From a virus (lineage: Duplodnaviria > Heunggongvirae > Uroviricota > Caudoviricetes > Straboviridae): DNA of 64,000 nt. Below the pieces are notes generated by a model. The model saw only the letters and a program-made list of their open reading frames with translations. It did no database searches and was not told the DNA's origin. Shown in pieces: positions 8,559 through 17,689 of the stretch. The first letter of the stretch is position 1, and the number at the start of each line of letters is the position of its first letter. The stretch is taken from IMG/VR virus record IMGVR_UViG_3300011728_000017, one strand, 5' to 3'. Made by a program: the position numbers and the translations under genes.

Positions 8559-9620
8559 ATGAAGTACAAATTTGATAAAGCTGTCGTGATTGGCAGATTC
8601 CAACCTTTCCATAATGGTCATGCGAAGATGATCAGCGAAGCGCTGAAAGAATCCGAAAAGGTCTATATCCTGATCGGTTCCTCTAATGCATACCCTAATG
8701 TGATTAACCCGCTTACCGCCGCCGAACGTAAAAGAATGATCCTGCGTTGGATTGCGGTTAGCCTTAAATCCCACGAAACCGAACGAATTCAGTTCGCTGA
8801 AATTCCAGATTCGCTGTATAACGACGAAAAATGGAAATCAAATGTTCGCCTGGCGATTGATGAACAGAAAGGGGATCGGGTTGCTATCTATGGATTCTAT
8901 AAAGATAGCGATTCCTACTGGCTTAAAGCTTTCGGATGGGAACACCGCGCAGTATACCCTGTTCTGGGTAAAAAAGGCGGGTGTATCAATGCGACTGATC
9001 TTAGAAAGATTATTTTCGCACATAAAAACGGATGGGATAACGCTATCTCTGATTATGTTCCGCAAACCACTGTAGATTTCATTGATATCTGGATGCGGTC
9101 GGATAACTTCTGGCGTATCGAACATGAATCGCGGAAGTGGGAAAGCGAGTTAGAAAAATTCATGGGATATCCATACCCGGAAGCGTTGAACTGCTGTACG
9201 GCTGACAGTGTTGTGGTCTGTAATAACCATATTTTGCTGATCCGTCGTAAGTATGCCCCTGGTCAGGATGCTCTTGCTCTGCCCGGTGGACACAAAAACG
9301 CTAATGAAACGTTCCTGGACTGTGCGATTCGTGAACTGTTGGAAGAAGTGCGAATTAAAGTACCTGAAAAGGTTATTCGTGGTTCTATCCGCAATTCTAT
9401 GCTGTTCGATCATCCCCGTCGGTCTGCGTACTTCTCAAAACCGACTGTAGCGCAGTATATCAAGCTCGAACCAAACCCGGACGGTAGCCTACCCCGAATC
9501 ATGGGAGGCGCTGACGATGCGGCTGATGCGTTCTGGATGCCACTCCATGATGCTATCCGCAATCAAAACCAGTTCTTTGATGATCATTTCCAGATCATTA
9601 CTGCATTTACTGGTATCTGA
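8559..9620 (+). CDS. natV: Bifunctional nicotinamide-mononucleotide adenylyltransferase / Nudix ADP-ribose pyrophosphatase (NatV-like)
   Basis: N-terminal VIGRFQPFHNGH (HxGH NMNAT motif) and ISW-like region; C-terminal Nudix box GGHKNANETFLDCAIRELLEEV; RBS ggag upstream of ATG 8559. Confidence 0.85.
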   Translation: MKYKFDKAVVIGRFQPFHNGHAKMISEALKESEKVYILIGSSNAYPNVINPLTAAERKRMILRWIAVSLKSHETERIQFAEIPDSLYNDEKWKSNVRLAIDEQKGDRVAIYGFYKDSDSYWLKAFGWEHRAVYPVLGKKGGCINATDLRKIIFAHKNGWDNAISDYVPQTTVDFIDIWMRSDNFWRIEHESRKWESELEKFMGYPYPEALNCCTADSVVVCNNHILLIRRKYAPGQDALALPGGHKNANETFLDCAIRELLEEVRIKVPEKVIRGSIRNSMLFDHPRRSAYFSKPTVAQYIKLEPNPDGSLPRIMGGADDAADAFWMPLHDAIRNQNQFFDDHFQIITAFTGI

Positions 9621-9644
9621 TAAAAAAGTATTAGAAAACTCTTA

Positions 9645-9700
9645 AAAGCCCTTGACGAAAGTCAGGGGCTTTTGTTATTTTACCCGCATGGAAACGAACC
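9645..9700 (+). promoter_or_regulatory. PeSL-like cassette (stem-loop aagcccTTGACGaaagtcaggggctt, -10 TTATTT, GGAAACGAACC leader)
   Basis: Same architecture as the other cassettes. Confidence 0.6.
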
Positions 9701-9709
9701 GGATTGAAC

Positions 9710-10006
9710 ATGGATCCCAATCAAAAATTCCCTTATACACTCGTTAAACGTCCGTTATGGGCTGGCGGAAATCCTGTTTCACTTTGGCAGGTAATAGACG
9801 CTAATGAAGCTGTATTCGCGGATAAAGAAATATACGCAGTAGAATTAATCGATCTTGAAAACAGTATTATCGTTCTCGAAGATATTAAAACCAAAAAGAA
9901 ATATTCGTTGACTTCAAATGATGATTCCCGTAAATTCAACGTGTACTGGAAATCAAATAACGAATTCGAAAAGGAAACTGATAATGTTAATCCCATACTT
10001 TACTAA
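9710..10006 (+). CDS. Hypothetical protein
   Basis: ATG 9710 (MDPNQKF...); the ORF track starts on TTG at 9704. Confidence 0.5.
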   Translation: MDPNQKFPYTLVKRPLWAGGNPVSLWQVIDANEAVFADKEIYAVELIDLENSIIVLEDIKTKKKYSLTSNDDSRKFNVYWKSNNEFEKETDNVNPILY

Positions 10007-10508
10007 ACAACAAAAAGTCGATTCCCTTACTTTTATTAAACCTGGTGATATTGTTTCAATTCATACTGACGTTGATGTAAAAGATGGATTTCAAATTGTA
10101 TCTTTTGCATTAAGCGGTGACGCCAAAGCAATTACTTTGGTAAAAGATGATATTACTATTTTGTTCAAGATCGATAATGGCAATCGGGATTGTTTGTTGA
10201 TTAGTGACCGAATTGAACCATTTAAAATTACCGGAATGCGTAAAGGCGCTAAAGCTGTTTCGTTAGACGATTTTACATATAAGTCTTCGAAAATGAAACC
10301 GACGTTAATTCCTGTAGCACCGGGTGATATTCTGACGACCAACAATAAAAAATTCGTTGTTGAATTTATTGCCTCTGATGGTTCGATTGTTGCTAAAGTT
10401 GAAGGAAAAAGTCAGGCTAAAATGACAACTGAATGTGTCATGCTCAAGCATTCTGATGTTTCTCTCGTTAAAGCGCTGTATGAAGAAATCACCTGGAAAT
10501 GGAAATAA
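9984..10508 (+). CDS. Hypothetical protein
   Basis: ORF 9918..10508; internal ATG 9984 (MLIPYFTKQQ) minimises the overlap. Confidence 0.45.
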   Translation: MLIPYFTKQQKVDSLTFIKPGDIVSIHTDVDVKDGFQIVSFALSGDAKAITLVKDDITILFKIDNGNRDCLLISDRIEPFKITGMRKGAKAVSLDDFTYKSSKMKPTLIPVAPGDILTTNNKKFVVEFIASDGSIVAKVEGKSQAKMTTECVMLKHSDVSLVKALYEEITWKWK

Positions 10509-10513
10509 GAACA

Positions 10514-10786
10514 ATGAAAGTTAAGTCTGTATTGATGTCCGAAATTGTCAAAATTAATGGTCATGATTATTTTGTTGCAGAGATTAACACCAAAGGGAAC
10601 AGAGAGATCCTTGAACTGGATATTGTTAAACCTGCGGAAGGACAACCGCTAACGATTGAATACGTTCATAACACCAAAACAGGCGAAGTCTCGCATAACG
10701 GCGATAAAAGCATGGCTAGTAAACTAATTGATGTATTGCAGTTGTTTTTCTGTCAGAAATCATTAAAATGGAAATTATCTTACTAA
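10514..10786 (+). CDS. Hypothetical protein
   Basis: ATG 10514 (MKVKSVLMSEIV). Confidence 0.45.
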   Translation: MKVKSVLMSEIVKINGHDYFVAEINTKGNREILELDIVKPAEGQPLTIEYVHNTKTGEVSHNGDKSMASKLIDVLQLFFCQKSLKWKLSY

Positions 10787-10796
10787 GGAAAACAAA

Positions 10797-11198
10797 ATGA
10801 CTGATATTAGAGATTTAACTGATGTGAAGGCAGGCGATACCCTGTTTGATCCTGGCGAAAGTCGATATAATAACCGCAAACATGGTCAGCCTCGCCTTTT
10901 TCATGTTTTTAAAGTGGCACGTCAATATCTGTATGCTTCCACTGAGAAAGATGTTACAGACATTAAACACTGGTCGGTTGAAAAGGTTGACCGTAAAAGC
11001 GGATTGACTGCCGGATCTGGCGGTGGCTGGGGCGGGTTTTATTTGTATCGCAGTGAAGCGGTACATAGCGAAATTAAATACCGGGCGGAACTATGCGACA
11101 AGATCAGAAAAGAATTCGGTACTAATTCCGTTCGTGTTCCAGAAATTACTACCGACGAACTTCGTGGGATTGCAAAAACATTAGGGGTTGAATTTTGA
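10797..11198 (+). CDS. Hypothetical protein (Gly-rich patch SGGGWGGF)
   Basis: 133-aa ORF with RBS aaggaaa. Confidence 0.5.
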   Translation: MTDIRDLTDVKAGDTLFDPGESRYNNRKHGQPRLFHVFKVARQYLYASTEKDVTDIKHWSVEKVDRKSGLTAGSGGGWGGFYLYRSEAVHSEIKYRAELCDKIRKEFGTNSVRVPEITTDELRGIAKTLGVEF

Positions 11199-12193
11199 AA
11201 ATTGTAATGGAAACGGTATTCGGTTCCCATCTTTATGAACTGAACACACCAACAAGCGACAAGGATTATAAAGGGATCTTTCTCCCACATCCTCGCGATA
11301 TCCTGATGGGTACTGCACCGAAAACCATCGACACGTCAACGGGCAATAAAAACTCTAAAAACACCGTAGACGACGTTGATCGTCAGATGTATAGCCTGAC
11401 TAAGTTCATCAGCCTTGCGTGTGATGGTGACACCGTAGCGCTTGATATGCTTCATGCCGGGGATAACAAGCTACTGGCTAACTCTGAGATCTGGCAGTAT
11501 ATCCGCACTAACCGTAGCCGATTCTACACCACGGAATTAACTGGCCTGTTCGGTTATGTTCGTAAACAAGCCGCGAAATATGGCGTTAAAGGATCCCGAC
11601 TGGCTGCACTGCGCGAAGTGTATGACGTGTTGCAAAAAATCGACGATGCCCGCAAAATGAATCTCCCTCTTAATCTGGGGGAAGCGACTCACCGGGTTAA
11701 AGTTGGCGAAGTGTCGCATAAATTCCCAACTAACGAATTCTGCCGATTCACTCGTGACGAAACGCTGAAATCAGGTTGTCAGGACTTCTATGAAGTGCTG
11801 GGGCGTAAATTCCAATCCACGATCACAGTAGCGGAAATGAAAAAGTCCGTGTACAAGCTCTGGGATGAATACGGCGAACGCGCCCGACAAGCCGAAGCTA
11901 ACAACGGGATCGACTGGAAAGCGTTGTCTCATGCGTTGCGTGGCGGTATTCAGCTAATCCAGATCTATAAGCACGGTGATATCACATATCCTCTGCCGGG
12001 TAGCGCTTTCCTGAAACAGGTTAAAGCTGGTAATGTACCGTTTGCGACTGTACAGGAAGAACTTGAATCCGTTATGGGTGAAGTTGAACGCCTCGCGGCT
12101 GTTTCTAATTACCCGAAAGAAGTGGATCGTAAATTCTGGAATGATTTTATCGAACGTGTTTATTCTGAACACGTAGTGGGATATTACAAATGA
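11195..12193 (+). CDS. Predicted nucleotidyltransferase (minimal NTase / Pol-beta superfamily fold)
   Basis: N-terminal FGSHLYELNTPTSDKDYKG = GS-x(11)-SDxD NTase signature, with later acidic residues (DDVDRQ, DGDTVALD); the start is TTG 11195 or ATG 11207. Confidence 0.55.
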   Translation: MKIVMETVFGSHLYELNTPTSDKDYKGIFLPHPRDILMGTAPKTIDTSTGNKNSKNTVDDVDRQMYSLTKFISLACDGDTVALDMLHAGDNKLLANSEIWQYIRTNRSRFYTTELTGLFGYVRKQAAKYGVKGSRLAALREVYDVLQKIDDARKMNLPLNLGEATHRVKVGEVSHKFPTNEFCRFTRDETLKSGCQDFYEVLGRKFQSTITVAEMKKSVYKLWDEYGERARQAEANNGIDWKALSHALRGGIQLIQIYKHGDITYPLPGSAFLKQVKAGNVPFATVQEELESVMGEVERLAAVSNYPKEVDRKFWNDFIERVYSEHVVGYYK

Positions 12194-12714
12194 ATGATAT
12201 TCAAAAAACAGCGCTTACACTGATCAATGATAACGGCGGGAAATATGATTTCGGTGAACTGATCAATGGTATCAGGGCGCTGGAACATGTTAATTATAAC
12301 AAAGTAGTAGATGAATTACAGAAGTTGTTACAGCTTAAATTTATCACGGTTTATTTCCCGCAACCTTTGCAGTCTGCTAAACAATCTGTTGTTTTAACTG
12401 GTGCGGGTGCTGAACAACATCGCAAAAACATAAAAAGTCAAGAAGTGCGTACAATTGATGATATGGATCGCGCAATCGTTCTTAACCCAGGTTCATCACA
12501 TGAAATTACGTTGAGTGATTACATAGATCATAAAATCAAAGAAGCGCTGAACAATCTTCGTTTATCCGTGGATACCCATTCTAAATCAAATTACGTCGGG
12601 TGTAATGGAGAAGGCGGAATGCATCAGGATTCGACTGTAGTGAAAATCCAGTTGCTCGCTGATATTGCTGATGAAGAATACCTTATCAGCGAAACTGATT
12701 TTGAGATCGGCTAA
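12190..12714 (+). CDS. Hypothetical protein, translationally coupled to the NTase
   Basis: ATGA overlap with the upstream gene. Confidence 0.5.
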   Translation: MNDIQKTALTLINDNGGKYDFGELINGIRALEHVNYNKVVDELQKLLQLKFITVYFPQPLQSAKQSVVLTGAGAEQHRKNIKSQEVRTIDDMDRAIVLNPGSSHEITLSDYIDHKIKEALNNLRLSVDTHSKSNYVGCNGEGGMHQDSTVVKIQLLADIADEEYLISETDFEIG

Positions 12715-12947
12715 TGGCTATCCTTTTTGATGTGATGTGTGGCGTGGTCGATGCTAAATTTTATCACCTAACCGACAACCAGCGTCGATTCATTAAAAAT
12801 AAAGTATCCAATATTATTCGACGTGCTAAACACGACGTGTATCATGTTTGGATTGATAACAAACCGATGTGTTATGCGCAGTATGCAGCAAACTACGATT
12901 TTAAAGTAGGTGAACATACGGTTTACGTACATATTCAGGTAGACTAA
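12714..12947 (+). CDS. Hypothetical small protein
   Basis: taATGg coupled start; 77 aa. Confidence 0.45.
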   Translation: MAILFDVMCGVVDAKFYHLTDNQRRFIKNKVSNIIRRAKHDVYHVWIDNKPMCYAQYAANYDFKVGEHTVYVHIQVD

Positions 12948-12972
12948 GCCCCTTCGGGGGCTTTTTATTTGG
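12946..12972 (+). terminator. Terminator aagcccc-ttcg-ggggctt + TTTTATTT
   Basis: UUCG hairpin plus T-tract. Confidence 0.6.
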
Positions 12973-12980
12973 GAGAAAGA

Positions 12981-13892
12981 ATGAGAATTATCGACCTATG
13001 CGCGGGTGTAGGTGGAGTCAGATTAGGGTTTCAACAGGCGTTTGGTGAAATCGAATGTCTTTTAACATCTGAGATTGATAGCCACGCGCAAGAAACATAC
13101 CGCAAAAACTTCGGGCCGGATAATATTCAAGGTGATATTTTCGCTATCAACGAAAATGATGTACCGGATCACGATATCCTGTTAGCCGGGTTCCCTTGTC
13201 AGGCTTTCAGTAAGGCCGGGAAGAAATTAGGTTTCAGCGATCCCCGTGGTACGATCTTCTTTGAGATCATGCGAATTATCCGCGCTAAAAAGCCCTCTGT
13301 GCTGTTTTTTGAAAACGTGCCTGACCTACTTACCCATGACGACGGGAACACGTTCAGGACGATTTACGGGCTTCTGGAGGGGGAAGGGTATGATGTGTAT
13401 TACCAGGTGCTAAACACGAAGGATTTTGGATTGCCCCAGCGAAGGAAGCGAGTCTTTATTGTTGCTTTCAGGGATCCTGTTTTCTTCTCGTTCCCGGTTC
13501 CTCCATGCACCCCAACCAGGGTAGGCGATCTGCTGGAAAGTGATGTAAGTGATTCATTCACTCTTACGGATAAGCTGTGGGCTGGCTTCCAGTACCGCAA
13601 GGAACGAAATAAGGCAAACGGTAAGGGTTTTGGCTATCAGTCCGTTACAGAGGATTCTGCGTATACCGCTACCCTGCCTGCCCAATATTGGAAAGACGGG
13701 GTGCAGTGTCTTGTATTGCAGGAAAGAAAGAACCCCAGAAGATTAACGCCTCGTGAATGTTTTCGTTTGCAGGGATTTCCTGAATCCTTTATTATTCCTG
13801 ATAGTAAAAAACAAGCGTACAAACAAGCCGGGAATTCTGTTTCGGTTCCTGTTATCCGTGCTATTGCTGAACAAATTAAGAAGGTTTTATGA
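12981..13892 (+). CDS. dcm: DNA (cytosine-5)-methyltransferase
   Basis: Motif I IDLCAGVGG, motif IV GFPCQAFS, ENV motif FFENVPDL, C-terminal target-recognition region and QAGNSV; RBS gggag upstream of ATG 12981. Confidence 0.88.
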   Translation: MRIIDLCAGVGGVRLGFQQAFGEIECLLTSEIDSHAQETYRKNFGPDNIQGDIFAINENDVPDHDILLAGFPCQAFSKAGKKLGFSDPRGTIFFEIMRIIRAKKPSVLFFENVPDLLTHDDGNTFRTIYGLLEGEGYDVYYQVLNTKDFGLPQRRKRVFIVAFRDPVFFSFPVPPCTPTRVGDLLESDVSDSFTLTDKLWAGFQYRKERNKANGKGFGYQSVTEDSAYTATLPAQYWKDGVQCLVLQERKNPRRLTPRECFRLQGFPESFIIPDSKKQAYKQAGNSVSVPVIRAIAEQIKKVL

Positions 13893-14146
13893 TGAAAATT
13901 ATTAAAGACCGTCCTGCTAATTCTGATTATGATTTTAAGATCAATCCCGCGTTTTCGGCGGAGGCACATAACCCAGTGATCCGGGCTGATGCTGATAATC
14001 CGGTATTCAAATGCGAAACTCAATCAAAGATGCTTTCGCCGGAAGCATGGAAACGGCTGAAGGAAGCGATTAACGCGCCTGCTGAACCTAGCCAGCAACT
14101 CATTGATTTGATGAACAGAAAACCCCGGTACGAAAAAAGTTTTTAA
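13889..14146 (+). CDS. Hypothetical protein
   Basis: ATGA-coupled to dcm. Confidence 0.45.
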   Translation: MMKIIKDRPANSDYDFKINPAFSAEAHNPVIRADADNPVFKCETQSKMLSPEAWKRLKEAINAPAEPSQQLIDLMNRKPRYEKSF

Positions 14147-14149
14147 AAA

Positions 14150-14205
14150 GTGTTTGACCAGTCCGAAAAGTGTGGTATCTTACCCATACCGAAACGGAAC
14201 TGAGG
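14150..14205 (+). promoter_or_regulatory. Early-type promoter (-35 TTGACC, -10 TATCTT) with a CGAAACGGAAC leader box; no GC stem-loop in this copy
   Basis: Shares the -10 and leader motif with the PeSL cassettes. Confidence 0.5.
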
Positions 14206-14213
14206 ATTGAAAA

Positions 14214-14498
14214 ATGACTTATAACGAATTGCTGGCTGGTTTCCCTGGTGTTGGTGCGAAATACAATCTTCTGAAAGATTATAAAAATACCAAACCAGAA
14301 GACATTGAGTATTTGCTGGTTGAAGTTCGTTGTGGTGATTATTACTCTTGCTTCTACTGGGGCCGTTCTTTCTCTTACTGCCTGTTTGGTTCTAAGTTCA
14401 TGTCTGAAACTATGATTGAACAGAAAGAAACCCTGAAAGCGAATAACCCAGATTTCTACACTTTCGCAGAGTCAGTTAAAAACCTCTTCGGTCACTAA
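14214..14498 (+). CDS. Hypothetical protein
   Basis: 94-aa ORF with RBS gagg. Confidence 0.5.
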   Translation: MTYNELLAGFPGVGAKYNLLKDYKNTKPEDIEYLLVEVRCGDYYSCFYWGRSFSYCLFGSKFMSETMIEQKETLKANNPDFYTFAESVKNLFGH

Positions 14499-14503
14499 TT
14501 TAA

Positions 14504-14526
14504 ACCCCCGCTTCGGCGGGGTAGTT
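14504..14526 (+). terminator. Terminator cccccgc-ttcg-gcgggg
   Basis: UUCG hairpin after the stop. Confidence 0.5.
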
Positions 14527-14586
14527 ACGAAAATTTAAATGATTCAATTATCCGCCCCTCTGGGGCATTTTTGCATGGACAAAAAT

Positions 14587-14847
14587 ATGACTTTTACGGT
14601 TGAATATGGTTACGACGAAGGTAATTCACTTAAATGCGCCTCTGAGTATTTGCAGGACTGCATTGATTATGTCAACCAGGATCCATCATTTCCTACGGTT
14701 GCTAAAATCGTGGTCTTCTCTATCTGGGAAAATAAAAAGCGTACCATGGTAGCTAGTTTTGACGGATGGCGGGGCGATGGGCTGGATGGTAACAAAAAGT
14801 TTGAATTCACTGATAAAGAAATTAATAATAGCTGGGGTAAATTTTGA
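14587..14847 (+). CDS. Hypothetical protein, paralog 1 of a tandem pair
   Basis: MTFTVEYGYDEGN...; shares FTVE..D.GN...AS..LQ.CID.VN....FP.VA...F..W.N with the next ORF. Confidence 0.5.
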   Translation: MTFTVEYGYDEGNSLKCASEYLQDCIDYVNQDPSFPTVAKIVVFSIWENKKRTMVASFDGWRGDGLDGNKKFEFTDKEINNSWGKF

Positions 14848-15119
14848 TTTTTACGGTTGAGCGACAGTTTGATTACGATAAAGGGAATATGCTTTTAGCA
14901 AGCAACTCTCTTCAAAAATGCATTGATGTAGTTAACAATTATGAGTTTTTCCCGGATGTTGCTGATGAACTTTGTTTTTCGGTATGGGATAACGATACGT
15001 TAATTAGCACTTCCATTATCAATGGACATCGGCAAGAAGAATATTGGGGCGTTGAACATACTGGCCCTGTAACTTATGATGAAGTAATGAAATATATGGT
15101 GAAAAATGAAAAACTCTGA
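14844..15119 (+). CDS. Hypothetical protein, paralog 2 of a tandem pair
   Basis: IFTVERQFDYDKGN...; the start codon is probably non-ATG (TTG). Confidence 0.45.
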   Translation: MIFTVERQFDYDKGNMLLASNSLQKCIDVVNNYEFFPDVADELCFSVWDNDTLISTSIINGHRQEEYWGVEHTGPVTYDEVMKYMVKNEKL

Positions 15120-15438
15120 TGTGATTATTTGCGCATTAATGCCTAAATATGAATTAGGTGAAGGGCTTCCGTTTACTCAATATCTGGATATCCCGGTTAA
15201 TGTTTATGGTGTTCGTAAGAAACTCGAACATCTTGGACTGAACATGATTGATTTTATGTTAGTCAAAATTAACCAATCGACACCTTATTACGGACTCGCG
15301 GTAGATTTGGAGAATTCTAAATTTGAAACTGCTGATGAAGTAATGCAAGATGTATGCAGCAAATTGAATATTGAATACGACCAATATAAATTAGCAGAAA
15401 TTTTTAACGACGTAATGACAAAAAACCGAATCAAATAA
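15106..15438 (+). CDS. Hypothetical protein
   Basis: 110-aa ORF, coupled. Confidence 0.45.
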   Translation: MKNSDVIICALMPKYELGEGLPFTQYLDIPVNVYGVRKKLEHLGLNMIDFMLVKINQSTPYYGLAVDLENSKFETADEVMQDVCSKLNIEYDQYKLAEIFNDVMTKNRIK

Positions 15439-15453
15439 TTAATAGAGAAAATA

Positions 15454-17658
15454 ATGACTATTTCAAATATCGAATTTAAAAATGCTGTAGCAAAACCTAC
15501 CCCTACCAACCACGTATTTGTATGTGACGTTTCTGGTTCGATGTATAACGAACTTCCGCGTATCCGTACACATCTGAAAAATAATCTGGCTACTCTGGTA
15601 AAACCTAACGATACCGTATCGATCCTGTATTTTGCCAGCAAAGGCCAATATGGTTCTGTATTCGTCGGTGAGAAGATTAAAACGATCTCCGACCTGTCTG
15701 GTATCAATGATGCTATCGACCGCTTCCTGCGTCCTACAGGCTGTACTGGCTTTGTCGAACCGCTTAACCTTGCCGTACAGGTAGCAACCGATCTACAGGC
15801 CGACAATGGCAATCTGAACAGCCTTATTTTCCTGACCGATGGTTATGATAACTGCTGGCGTACCGACGATATTCTCAAAGCATGTTCCGCGCTTCCGCTT
15901 GCGTTTAATAATATTGCTTTCCTGGAATACGGTTATTATGTAAACCGTCCTCTTCTGGAAAAAATGGCAGAAGCAACAAACGCACTGCATAAATTCGTTG
16001 AAGGTTTCGATCAATATGAACCTGCGTTTAACGATATTATTAGCGCACAGACTTCCGCGCGAATTGAAGTAAATGTTGGTGATGCGACTCATGCAATTTA
16101 TATTGATGAAGGTCGTGTTTATGTTGTTAATGCCGCAAATGGTATTGCTCTGATCCCGGAACATATTAAAAACGTTTGGGCTATCGGTGAAAACGCTATT
16201 AACGATGTTGACTCATTTGATCCGGTAAATGACCAACAGGTATTATATGTTGTGCTTTATCATGCGCTGCAAACAATGAATCCTGATCTGGCGTGGAAGG
16301 TTCTGAAAAAAGTGGGCGACGTGCGACTGATTAAGGCGTATGATAACTGCTTTACAAAACAGGATTATTCAAACGCTAAAGATCTGATTTCAAGCTGTGT
16401 TGTTGATCCAGCGCAACGCCTGGTAGACGGTGTTGATTACAATATGGTTCCAGACGAAAACGCATTCACCCTGGTTGATGCTCTTGAACTGCTGGCAGAA
16501 TCTGACACCGAAATCGATCTGAGTTCTCCTCATTGGGCTTACAACCGTACCGGGCGTGTGCGTACCCAGAAAGACGATACCACGCTTGATGAACTGTCTG
16601 CACAGATCGCGAATGCATCGACCGCAGAAGAACGGAAAGAACTGGCGGCTAAAATGGTTGATTACGAAGTGTGGAAACCAGAATTTAACCAGACCACAAC
16701 AAAAGTTTCACTGAAACATTTAGTGGGCAACAGTTCCCGTCCGAATATTTCGATTAATACGGATCTGGCTGGGTATGTTGAAATTCCTGCTGGCTATCGT
16801 CAGAAATTTGGTTTGCCGAAACAAATCGAAACCAAACAGGTGCGAAACTTTACCATTGTCAAAGACGGTATTGTTAACGTGAAACAGTTGCCTCTGGAAA
16901 CTGATATTCAGACGCTTAAAAATCTCCGTGCTTCTGGCCTGACAATTAAGCCTCTGGAAAAAATCGGTGAAGATCGTATGTCGGTTCTGGTTGATTTTAC
17001 CAGTCTTCCGCTGATTAACCGGGCCATGACACGCGGGATCTCTGGTAAAGAGTATGTTACCGACTGTGTTCATCTGGAAGTGCTGAAAGCACGTCAGAAG
17101 GTGCTTAAATTCCTTCGTGATGGTTCTATCGGTCGTGGTAATGCTAAAGGACTCGCGGAACTGTACGGTGAAGATGCTGCTACCTGGTTATCTGAACAGG
17201 GTATTCGTGATTACGGTTTCTCTCCTAAAGTAAGCACCGGGGAATCTACCGATGTTTATATGTCGAAAGAGCTAAACGTAAAAATTAAGGGTGCTAGTTC
17301 TCTTCCGGCTGTTGCGGCAACTGTTAAAAAACGTGACGAAAATAAGAAGAAGCTTAACGCTGCTGACCAGATGATTATTTTTGCTTACGATTCTGTACAA
17401 AAGGAAATTAAAGAGCTTGACAAGGATCAACTCGTCAAGTATCTTGAAGTTGAGACACGAAATGCGATCAACTCCGTTCGTTCTCTTAATAACCGCCTTT
17501 CTCGCGTTATGTATGGTATTGTCGTTGGTCATGCGTGGTTCGCAGATCTCGACTTCGAAGAAACCGAAGTAACTGTACCCGGCAAGGAAGTGAACGAATT
17601 CTTCAAAGATGATTTTGTTTGTTCTATCGTCCTGGAAGAGAAAGAAATTAAAATTTGA
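15454..17658 (+). CDS. von Willebrand factor A (vWA) domain protein, 734 aa
   Basis: N-terminal MIDAS DVSGSM (DxSxS), T/D residues (FLTDGYDN) and Rossmann-like alternation; long C-terminal region of unknown function. Confidence 0.7.
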   Translation: MTISNIEFKNAVAKPTPTNHVFVCDVSGSMYNELPRIRTHLKNNLATLVKPNDTVSILYFASKGQYGSVFVGEKIKTISDLSGINDAIDRFLRPTGCTGFVEPLNLAVQVATDLQADNGNLNSLIFLTDGYDNCWRTDDILKACSALPLAFNNIAFLEYGYYVNRPLLEKMAEATNALHKFVEGFDQYEPAFNDIISAQTSARIEVNVGDATHAIYIDEGRVYVVNAANGIALIPEHIKNVWAIGENAINDVDSFDPVNDQQVLYVVLYHALQTMNPDLAWKVLKKVGDVRLIKAYDNCFTKQDYSNAKDLISSCVVDPAQRLVDGVDYNMVPDENAFTLVDALELLAESDTEIDLSSPHWAYNRTGRVRTQKDDTTLDELSAQIANASTAEERKELAAKMVDYEVWKPEFNQTTTKVSLKHLVGNSSRPNISINTDLAGYVEIPAGYRQKFGLPKQIETKQVRNFTIVKDGIVNVKQLPLETDIQTLKNLRASGLTIKPLEKIGEDRMSVLVDFTSLPLINRAMTRGISGKEYVTDCVHLEVLKARQKVLKFLRDGSIGRGNAKGLAELYGEDAATWLSEQGIRDYGFSPKVSTGESTDVYMSKELNVKIKGASSLPAVAATVKKRDENKKKLNAADQMIIFAYDSVQKEIKELDKDQLVKYLEVETRNAINSVRSLNNRLSRVMYGIVVGHAWFADLDFEETEVTVPGKEVNEFFKDDFVCSIVLEEKEIKI

Positions 17659-17659
17659 T

Positions 17660-17682
17660 AAAGCCCTCCGGGGCTTTTTGGA
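17660..17682 (+). terminator. Hairpin aagccc-tccg-gggctt + TTTT
   Basis: Lies after the vWA stop. Confidence 0.5.
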
Positions 17683-17689
17683 GGAACTT

